Assembly: GCF_029227855.1 (NCBI RefSeq)
Contig: NZ_CP074356.1
Length of the DNA: 64,000 nucleotides
Source: Escherichia coli
GTDB taxonomy: Bacteria > Pseudomonadota > Gammaproteobacteria > Enterobacterales > Enterobacteriaceae
Direction: 5' to 3' (one strand)
Within the stretch, counting starts at the first letter, position 1, and every line of letters begins with the position of its first letter. The notes below the pieces were generated by a model. That model was not told the origin of the DNA and did no database searches. It saw nothing but the letters and a program-made list of their open reading frames with translations. Of the stretch, positions 9,179 to 16,040 are shown piece after piece. Position numbers and translations under genes: made by a program.

Positions 9179-9520
9179 ATGGCTACTCATTACACTGAAC
9201 TCATGGCTGGCACTGAAGCACTGGTGACTACGCTGGGGATATTTTCAGCTAATAAAGGGGTAATTCCTGCATTTACGCCACTGATGCAGGAAGATGCAAC
9301 AGGTGCACTGGTGGTATGGGATGGTTCGAGCGTAGGTAAAGCGGTTTATGTTTCCGCTGTACAAATCGACACCGCGAAAAAAACACAGGCTCAGGTCTAT
9401 AAGACAGGTGTCTTAAATGTTGATGCTCTGAACTGGCCTGAGTCTGTTAAAGAACTGTCAGTAAAGGTTGCAGCGTTTGTTGGCTCAGGTATTTCTGTTC
9501 AGCCGCTGGCTCGTGTGTAA
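9179..9520 (+). CDS. head decoration protein paralogue (lambda gpD-like) encoded by the satellite
   Basis: 113-aa product alignable with prophage D at 112-444 (LVVWDGSSVGKAV versus [13 protein letters not shown]; shared C-terminal G.AISV region). Confidence 0.75.
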   Translation: MATHYTELMAGTEALVTTLGIFSANKGVIPAFTPLMQEDATGALVVWDGSSVGKAVYVSAVQIDTAKKTQAQVYKTGVLNVDALNWPESVKELSVKVAAFVGSGISVQPLARV

Positions 9521-9531
9521 AGGGGGATACA

Positions 9532-9915
9532 ATGCAGAATGATTACAATGACCTTAAGCCAATTGCCGAAATGATGTACCCGAATCAAGCTGTAGAGGAA
9601 TTAAAAGCTATCGCTGACAAAATGTGTTTAAGCGAGCGCCTTGTTGATATGAATCAGGTGATGGAAATTACAACCCTGAGTCGTCGTACACTGCTAAACC
9701 TTGAGGCTAGTGGAGAGTTCCCGGAGCGTGTGCAGGTTACGGAAGGGCGTAAGGCCTGGTATTTAAGTGAAGTGATCGACTGGATAAATAATATTCCTCG
9801 CGCTTCTGAATATTGCCGCGTACCTGTCCCAAAAAAGCCAGATGCGGCGCTATGCCTCAAGATTGAGCGTGTACGCCGCAATGCACGGGATGGTCGCTAT
9901 AAGCTGATTGGTTGA
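9532..9915 (+). CDS. AlpA-family HTH protein adjacent to cos (candidate packaging-redirection or regulatory protein)
   Basis: 127-aa product with AlpA-type HTH (ITTLSRRTLLNLEASGEFPERVQV) and a basic C-terminal extension; immediately upstream of the cos site. Confidence 0.55.
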   Translation: MQNDYNDLKPIAEMMYPNQAVEELKAIADKMCLSERLVDMNQVMEITTLSRRTLLNLEASGEFPERVQVTEGRKAWYLSEVIDWINNIPRASEYCRVPVPKKPDAALCLKIERVRRNARDGRYKLIG

Positions 9916-9923
9916 TGAAATTA

Positions 9924-9950
9924 GGACCCGCTCTGGCTGGCGGGTCCTTT
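9924..9950 (+). terminator. hairpin terminator-like element after gene 9532-9915
   Basis: GGACCCG...CGGGTCC stem followed by TTT. Confidence 0.4.
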
Positions 9951-10145
9951 CCGGCGATCCAGAACGTTACGGGGCGTCAGGCGCGCAGTTTTTCGCTATT
10001 TGTGAAAATTTTCCTGTTTAAGGCGTTTCCGTTCTTCTTCGCCGTAACTTAATGTTTTTATTAAAAACACCCCCTAAAAAGAAAGGAAACGACAGGTGCT
10101 AAAAACAGGCTTTTTGGCCTCTGTCGTTTCCTTTCTCTGGTTTTG
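9940..10145. other. lambda-type cos site (cosN-equivalent at about 9972-9983; cosB R3-I1-R2-R1 to about 10140)
   Basis: Stretch TTTTCGCTATTTGTGAAAATTTTCCTGTTTAAGGCGTTTCCGTTCTTCTTCG...AAAGAAAGGAAACGACAGGTGCT...GGCTTTTTGGCCTCTGTCGTTTCCTTTCTCTG closely matches the left end of phage lambda (cosB) from memory; cosN 12-mer reads GGGCGTCAGGCG instead of GGGCGGCGACCT; no Nu1 gene follows. Confidence 0.8.
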
Positions 10146-10513
10146 TTGCCATCCGTCGCGGTCTATCACCAGAAAAAATCTTATCCCTGAGTTGAATCAG
10201 GCCCTATTCAGAAGCGGCCAATAACGCGCCGCTAGCTTCACTTCATAGTTATGGCCTACTTCTGCGCCATTGCAATTGCTTTATGCGCCTTGATGGTGGA
10301 ATATAGAGCAAGCAGTTTGCGAATAACAAAGTTTCATATGTTTTTTGCTGTGTGGCTAGACAACTTTACAGCAGAGTTTTGTGTCAGTTCTTTATGTGTG
10401 CAAGCAAGCTTGAGGGGGAATTACTTCTGGCTGTATCTTTGCTTAAGAACAGCAATAATTTAATCATAAGGAAATGTATATAAGCCTGATTAAATTTCAG
10501 GCTTATTGAAATG

Positions 10514-11656
10514 TTAACTCCTTATTAGAGAGTAAATTCCATCCTCTTTAAGGAAGTCTATTACTTCAAAGAATGAGATAAAGAATTCCCAAGAACCAAA
10601 AGCATATGCATGAATTTCGTAAGGTGCAAAATGGAATCTAAATCCATCACTATTTATTGTGAACGAGTCTAAGTTACTATCCATGATACCCGTTGCAAAC
10701 GTACTAATGTCGTCCTCACTTGGTTTTTCACCAGTTTTCTCCCAAAATTCACGAGCTGATTCAGAGATTATTTTTTGTTTTATCTTATTAATCGCTTCTT
10801 GCTCTTTCCCTTCGGTAAATACATCCCATAAACTAAATTTGTATGCGTAGTCATCCTTGGTTATTACGAAATTACTAGTTTCAAAATGACTGTTAGGGTG
10901 TGCTGCTCCCGCACCATACCAATGTACGGAATGAAGGATGCTCATGACATTTTCGTTACAGTATGAGATGTTATAACTTTCATTATAGGAACTAGTGTAA
11001 GTGTGTTTATATTCTTCATCCCAATATGGTGTTCCTGGCCATAGTGATGTGCGTTCAGAAAAAATATGTAAAGCCGCTTTTCCTGAAAAGTAATCACTAA
11101 TGAGTTTTGCTGATTTCGGTAATGTATGGCTTTCAATTCTTGGATATGCTATTTCAATTTCATGCCCTGGGATCTTGTTATATTCTTCCTTGAAAACCTC
11201 GCTGCTAAAGTTAAATGGCCCATAAGTGATACCTTGAGATATTTCAAGTTTTTGTTGCGATGCTGCTAATCTTAAAGATCTAGATAAAATGTCCCAACCA
11301 TCATTTCTCTTAAAATCAATGAATTGGAGCTTGCTTGATATGTAGGCGGGTACTTCGCAATCATCAATAAGTAATGGTATCACGAACACATCATCTGGTT
11401 TGTAATACTTTAGTTTATCAATGGCGTCATTTATTTCGCGGCGAATATAACCATTTTTCTGAGTGCTCACTTTGCTAAGGATAAGGATTATCAAGTTTGA
11501 ATTAGCGAAGTTTTTTTGGATTTCATAATCCCAGTTTACGCCAGCGGGTATATCTTTTACATCCATCCAAGGGGAATATCCTCCACTTTTTAGCCTTTCA
11601 TAGATTTCTTCAGTTATCGTTTCATCTTCTTTTGCATGAGCAAGAAAAATTTTCAT
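10514..11656 (-). CDS. TIR-domain protein with C-terminal domain of unknown function (candidate anti-phage defence gene)
   Basis: 380-aa product; N-terminal about 135 aa looks like a TIR domain (MKIFLAHAKEDE...ILILSKVS...REINDAIDKL); C-terminal about 240 aa unassigned (contains HWYGAGAAHP motif); AT-rich; last gene before attR. Confidence 0.7.
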   Translation of the reverse strand: MKIFLAHAKEDETITEEIYERLKSGGYSPWMDVKDIPAGVNWDYEIQKNFANSNLIILILSKVSTQKNGYIRREINDAIDKLKYYKPDDVFVIPLLIDDCEVPAYISSKLQFIDFKRNDGWDILSRSLRLAASQQKLEISQGITYGPFNFSSEVFKEEYNKIPGHEIEIAYPRIESHTLPKSAKLISDYFSGKAALHIFSERTSLWPGTPYWDEEYKHTYTSSYNESYNISYCNENVMSILHSVHWYGAGAAHPNSHFETSNFVITKDDYAYKFSLWDVFTEGKEQEAINKIKQKIISESAREFWEKTGEKPSEDDISTFATGIMDSNLDSFTINSDGFRFHFAPYEIHAYAFGSWEFFISFFEVIDFLKEDGIYSLIRS

Positions 11657-11768
11657 TGAATATTCCTTTATAATTTAACTAATTAAGTGAAGGAGGCTTT
11701 ACTTGGCTGTGTTAGAAAAAATTCGGTTTGTTTTTTGTACGATGCCAAGAAGGCTTTTCCCTAACCAT

Positions 11769-11788
11769 GTATTGCAGCATGTATTGCT
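11769..11788 (+). promoter_or_regulatory. tandem TGTATTGC motifs (putative integrase arm-type sites, right arm)
   Basis: TGTATTGCAGCATGTATTGC, 19/20 identical to 873-892. Confidence 0.5.
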
Positions 11789-11863
11789 ACGTAATTCTGC
11801 ACCCTCTCATTTATAAAATAAATCTCTGTTAAATCAAGTATCTTTTTTCTATTTGACTCATGT

Positions 11864-11873
11864 AGCCGAAGCA
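11864..11873. repeat. attR core / target-site direct repeat (AGCCGAAGCA)
   Basis: Identical to 735-744; E sequence (HEVNPQMTL...) resumes from this point. Confidence 0.85.
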
Positions 11874-12699
11874 TGAGGTGAATCCGCAGATGACCCTGCG
11901 TCGCCTGCCGGATGAAGATCCGCAGAATCTGGCGGACCCGGCTTACCGCCGCCGTCGCATCATTATGCAGAACATGCGTGACGAAGAGCTGGCCATTGCC
12001 CAGGTCGAAGAGATGCAGGCAGTTTCTGCCGTGCTTAAGGGCAAATACACCATGACCGGTGAAGCCTTCGATCCGGTTGAGGTGGATATGGGCCGCAGTG
12101 AGGCGAATAACATCACGCAGTCCGGCGGCACGGAGTGGAGCAAGCGTGACAAGTCCACGTATGACCCGACCGACGATATCGAAGCCTACGCGCTGAACGC
12201 CAGCGGAGTGGTGAATATCATCGTGTTTGATCCGAAAGGCTGGGCGCTGTTCCGTTCCTTCAAAGCCGTCAAGGAGAAGCTGGATACTCGTCGCGGCTCT
12301 CATTCCGAGCTGGAGACAGCGGTGAAAGACCTGGGCAAAGCGGTGTCCTACAAGGGGATGTATGGCGATGTGGCCATCGTCGTGTATTCCGGACAGTACG
12401 TGGAAAACGGCGTCAAAAAGAACTTCCTGCCGGACAACACGATGGTGCTGGGGAACACTCAGGCACGCGGTCTGCGCACCTATGGCTGCATTCAGGATGC
12501 GGACGCACAGCGCGAAGGCATTAACTCCTCTGCCCGTTACCCGAAAAACTGGGTGACCACCGGCGATCCGGCGCGTGAGTTCACCATGATTCAGTCAGCA
12601 CCGCTGATGCTGCTGGCTGACCCTGATGAGTTCGTGTCCGTACAACTGGCGCAATCGTGGCCCTTCGGGGCCATTTTCTCTCTGTGGAGGAGTCCATGA
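11864..12699 (+). pseudogene. E: major capsid protein E, 3' fragment (about 260 codons), with the lambda stop position read as CAA
   Basis: Product ...EVNPQMTLRRLPDEDPQ...DEFVSVQLA is lambda gpE from about residue 83; 500-744 plus 11874-12654 equals 1026 nt, the lambda E length; frame runs on 15 codons to TGA at 12697-12699. Confidence 0.9.
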
Positions 12700-13091
12700 C
12701 GAAAGATGAACTGATTGTCCGTCTCCGGTCGCTGGGTGAGCAACTGAACCGTGATGTCAGCCTGACGGGGACGAAAGAAGAACTGGCGCTCCGTGTGGCA
12801 GAGCTGGAAGAGGAGCTTGATGACACGGATGACGCTGCCGGTCAGGATACCCCTCTCAGACCGGAAAATGCGCTGACCGGACATGAAAATGAGGTGGTAT
12901 CAGAGCAGCCGGATACCATGATTGATACGGCTGCTCTGGTCACGGTCGTGGCACTGGTGACGCTGCATACTGATGCACTTCACGCCACGCGGGATGAACC
13001 TGTGGCATTTGTGCTGCCGGGAACGGCGTTTCGTGTCTCTGTCGGTGTGGCAGCCGAAATGACAGAACGTGGCCTGGCCAGAATGCAATAA
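12696..13091 (+). CDS. FI: DNA-packaging/head assembly protein FI
   Basis: Product MTKDELIVRLRSLGEQLNRD... matches lambda gpFI. Confidence 0.9.
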   Translation: MTKDELIVRLRSLGEQLNRDVSLTGTKEELALRVAELEEELDDTDDAAGQDTPLRPENALTGHENEVVSEQPDTMIDTAALVTVVALVTLHTDALHATRDEPVAFVLPGTAFRVSVGVAAEMTERGLARMQ

Positions 13092-13102
13092 CGGGAGGCG
13101 CT

Positions 13103-13456
13103 GTGGCTGATTTCGATAACCTGTTCGATGCTGCCATTGCCCGCGCCGATGAAACGATACGCGGGTACATGGGAACGTCAGCCACCATGACATCCGGTGA
13201 GCAGTCCGGCGCTGTGATACGTGGTGTTTTTGATGACCCTGAAAATATCAGCTATGCCGGACAGGGCGTACGCGTTGAAGGCTCCAGCCCGTCCCTGTTT
13301 GTCCGGACTGATGATGTGCGGCAACTGCGGCGTGGAGACACGCTGACCATCGGTGAGGAAAACTTCTGGATAGATCGTGTTTCGCCGGATGATGGCGGAA
13401 GCTGTCATCTCTGGCTTGGGCGGGGCGTACCGCCTGCCGTTAACCGTCGCCGCTGA
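13103..13456 (+). CDS. FII: head-tail joining protein FII
   Basis: Product MADFDNLFDAAIARADETIRGYMG... matches lambda gpFII (117 aa). Confidence 0.9.
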   Translation: MADFDNLFDAAIARADETIRGYMGTSATMTSGEQSGAVIRGVFDDPENISYAGQGVRVEGSSPSLFVRTDDVRQLRRGDTLTIGEENFWIDRVSPDDGGSCHLWLGRGVPPAVNRRR

Positions 13457-13467
13457 AAGGGGGATGT

Positions 13468-14046
13468 ATGGCCATAAAAGGTCTTGAGCAGGCCGTTGAA
13501 AACCTCAGCCGTATCAGCAAAACGGCGGTGCCTGGTGCCGCCGCAATGGCCATTAACCGCGTTGCTTCATCCGCGATATCGCAGTCGGCGTCACAGGTTG
13601 CCCGTGAGACAAAGGTACGCCGGAAACTGGTAAAGGAAAGGGCCAGGCTGAAAAGGGCCACGGTTAAAAATCCGCAGGCCAGAATCAGGGTTAACCGGGG
13701 GGATTTGCCCGTAATCAGGCTGGGTAATGCGCGGGTTGTCCTGTCCCGACGCAGGCGTCGTAAAAAGGGGCAGCGTTCATCCCTGAAAGGTGGCGGCAGC
13801 GTGCTTGTGGTGGGAAACCGTCGTATTCCCGGCGCGTTTATTCAGCAACTGAAAAATGGCCGGTGGCATGTTATGCAGCGTGTGGCCGGGAAAAACCGTT
13901 ACCCCATTGATGTGGTGAAAATCCCGATGGCGGTGCCACTGACCACGGCGTTTAAACAGAATATTGAACGGATACGGCGTGAGCGTCTTCCGAAAGAGCT
14001 GGGCTATGCGCTGCAGCATCAACTGAGAATGGTAATAAAGCGATGA
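13468..14046 (+). CDS. Z: tail terminator/completion protein Z
   Basis: 192-aa product at the lambda Z position with matching length. Confidence 0.85.
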   Translation: MAIKGLEQAVENLSRISKTAVPGAAAMAINRVASSAISQSASQVARETKVRRKLVKERARLKRATVKNPQARIRVNRGDLPVIRLGNARVVLSRRRRRKKGQRSSLKGGGSVLVVGNRRIPGAFIQQLKNGRWHVMQRVAGKNRYPIDVVKIPMAVPLTTAFKQNIERIRRERLPKELGYALQHQLRMVIKR

Positions 14047-14438
14047 AACATACTGAACTCCGTGCAGCCGTACTGGATGCACTGGAGAAGCATGACACCG
14101 GGGCGACGCTTTTTGATGGTCGCCCCGCTGTTTTTGATGAGGCGGATTTTCCGGCAATTGCCGTTTATCTCACCGGCGCTGAATACACGGGCGAAGAGCT
14201 GGACAGCGATACCTGGCAGGCGGAGCTGCATATTGAAGTTTTCCTGCCTGCTCAGGTGCCGGATTCAGAGCTGGATTCGTGGATGGAGTCCCGGATTTAT
14301 CCGGTGATGAGCGATGTCCCGGCACTGTCAGATTTGATCACCAGTATGGTGGCCAGTGGCTATGACTACCGGCGCGACGATGATGCGGGCCTGTGGAGTT
14401 CAGCCGATCTGACTTATGTCATTACCTATGAAATGTGA
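14043..14438 (+). CDS. U: tail terminator protein U
   Basis: 131-aa product [33 protein letters not shown]... matches lambda gpU. Confidence 0.9.
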   Translation: MKHTELRAAVLDALEKHDTGATLFDGRPAVFDEADFPAIAVYLTGAEYTGEELDSDTWQAELHIEVFLPAQVPDSELDSWMESRIYPVMSDVPALSDLITSMVASGYDYRRDDDAGLWSSADLTYVITYEM

Positions 14439-14445
14439 GGACGCT

Positions 14446-15186
14446 ATGCCTGTACCAAATCCAGTAATGCCGGTGAAAGGGGCCGGGACCACACTGTGGG
14501 TTTATAAGGGGAACGGTGACCCTTATGCGAACCCGCTTTCAGACGTTGACTGGTCGCGTCTGGCTAAAGTTAAAGACCTGACGCCCGGCGAACTGACCGC
14601 TGAGTCCTATGACGACAGCTATCTCGATGATGAGGATGCGGACTGGACTGCGACCGGGCAGGGGCAGAAATCTGCCGGAGATACCAGCTTCACGCTGGCG
14701 TGGATGCCCGGAGAGCAGGGGCAGCAGGCGCTGCTGGCGTGGTTTAATGAAGGCGATACCCGTGCCTATAAAATCCGCTTCCCGAACGGCACGGTCGATG
14801 TGTTCCGTGGCTGGGTCAGCAGTATCGGTAAGGCGGTGACGGCGAAGGAAGTGATCACCCGCACGGTGAAAGTCACCAATGTGGGACGTCCGTCGATGGC
14901 AGAAGATCGCAGCATGGTAACAGCGGCAACCGGCATGACCGTGACGCCTGCCAGCACCTCGGTGGTGAAAGGGCAGAGCACCACGCTGACCGTGGCCTTC
15001 CAGCCGGAGGGCGTAACCGACAAGAGCTTTCGTGCGGTGTCTGCGGATAAAACAAAAGCCACCGTGTCGGTCAGTGGTATGACCATCACCGTGAACGGCG
15101 TTGCTGCAGGCAAGGTCAACATTCCGGTTGTATCCGGTAATGGTGAGTTTGCTGCGGTTGCAGAAATTACCGTCACCGCCAGTTAA
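14446..15186 (+). CDS. V: major tail tube protein V
   Basis: From ATG 14446 the product [22 protein letters not shown]... matches lambda gpV (246 aa) including the C-terminal Ig-like region. Confidence 0.92.
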   Translation: MPVPNPVMPVKGAGTTLWVYKGNGDPYANPLSDVDWSRLAKVKDLTPGELTAESYDDSYLDDEDADWTATGQGQKSAGDTSFTLAWMPGEQGQQALLAWFNEGDTRAYKIRFPNGTVDVFRGWVSSIGKAVTAKEVITRTVKVTNVGRPSMAEDRSMVTAATGMTVTPASTSVVKGQSTTLTVAFQPEGVTDKSFRAVSADKTKATVSVSGMTITVNGVAAGKVNIPVVSGNGEFAAVAEITVTAS

Positions 15187-15201
15187 TCCGGAGAGTCAGC
15201 G

Positions 15202-15624
15202 ATGTTCCTGAAAACCGAATCATTTGAACATAACGGTGTGACCGTCACGCTTTCTGAACTGTCAGCCCTGCAGCGCATTGAGCATCTCGCCCTGATGAAA
15301 CGGCAGGCAGAACAGGCGGAGTCAGACAGCAACCGGAAGTTTACTGTGGAAGACGCCATCAGAACCGGCGCGTTTCTGGTGGCGATGTCCCTTTGGCATA
15401 ACCATCCGCAGAAGACGCAGATGCCGTCCATGAATGAAGCCGTTAAACAGATTGAGCAGGAAGTGCTTACCACCTGGCCCACGGAGGCAATTTCTCATGC
15501 TGAAAACGTGGTGTACCGGCTGTCCGGTATGTCTGAGTTTGTGGTGAATAATGCCCCTGAACAGACAGAGGACGCCGGGCCCGCAGAGCCTGTTTCTGCG
15601 GGAAAGTGTTCGACGGTGAGCTGA
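15202..15624 (+). CDS. G: tail assembly chaperone G
   Basis: 140-aa product MFLKTESFEHNGVTVTLSELSALQRIEHLALMKRQ... matches lambda gpG. Confidence 0.9.
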   Translation: MFLKTESFEHNGVTVTLSELSALQRIEHLALMKRQAEQAESDSNRKFTVEDAIRTGAFLVAMSLWHNHPQKTQMPSMNEAVKQIEQEVLTTWPTEAISHAENVVYRLSGMSEFVVNNAPEQTEDAGPAEPVSAGKCSTVS

Positions 15625-16040
15625 GTTTTGCCCTGAAACTGGCGCGTGAGATGGGGCGACCCGACTGGCGTGCCATGCTTGCCGGGATGTCATCCACGGA
15701 GTATGCCGACTGGCACCGCTTTTACAGTACCCATTATTTTCATGATGTTCTGCTGGATATGCACTTTTCCGGGCTGACGTACACCGTGCTCAGCCTGTTT
15801 TTCAGCGATCCGGATATGCATCCGCTGGATTTCAGTCTGCTGAACCGGCGCGAGGCTGACGAAGAGCCTGAAGATGATGTGCTGATGCAGAAAGCGGCAG
15901 GGCTTGCCGGAGGTGTCCGCTTTGGCCCGGACGGGAATGAAGTTATCTCCGCTTCCCCGGATGTGGCGGACATGACGGAGGATGACGTAATGCTGATGAC
16001 AGTATCAGAAGGGATCGCAGGAGGAGTCCGGTATGGCTGA
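15202..16040 (+). CDS. T: tail assembly protein G-T fusion (made by -1 frameshift); T portion is 15606-16040
   Basis: ORF 15606-16040 in the -1 frame overlapping the G 3' end; product matches lambda gpT region. Confidence 0.8.
15600..15606 (+). promoter_or_regulatory. programmed -1 ribosomal frameshift slippery site GGGAAAG (G to G-T fusion)
   Basis: Heptamer G GGA AAG near the end of G, with the T frame open downstream, as in lambda. Confidence 0.85.

Larger units (their letters stand above)
735..11873. mobile_element. integrative PICI/P4-like phage satellite inserted within prophage gene E
   Basis: 10-bp direct repeat AGCCGAAGCA at 735-744 and 11864-11873; integrase next to the left repeat; primase, iterons, SSB, capsid/decoration paralogues, cos site and AT-rich cargo genes inside; E reading frame is continuous if the insert and one repeat copy are removed. 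Confidence 0.85.

Noticed and set aside
10075-10134. Perfect 16-bp inverted repeat that first looked like a transposon end or hairpin RNA
   Set aside because: It corresponds to the R2/R1 terminase-binding elements of a lambda-type cosB.
10251-10463. 70-aa ORF between cos and the TIR gene
   Set aside because: Lies in the cos-flanking non-coding region with no ribosome-binding site or homology.
10514-11656. C-terminal domain of the TIR protein resembling RsiV/DUF3298-type domains (GAGAAHP motif)
   Set aside because: Based on a single remembered motif; left as unassigned pending profile or structure search.
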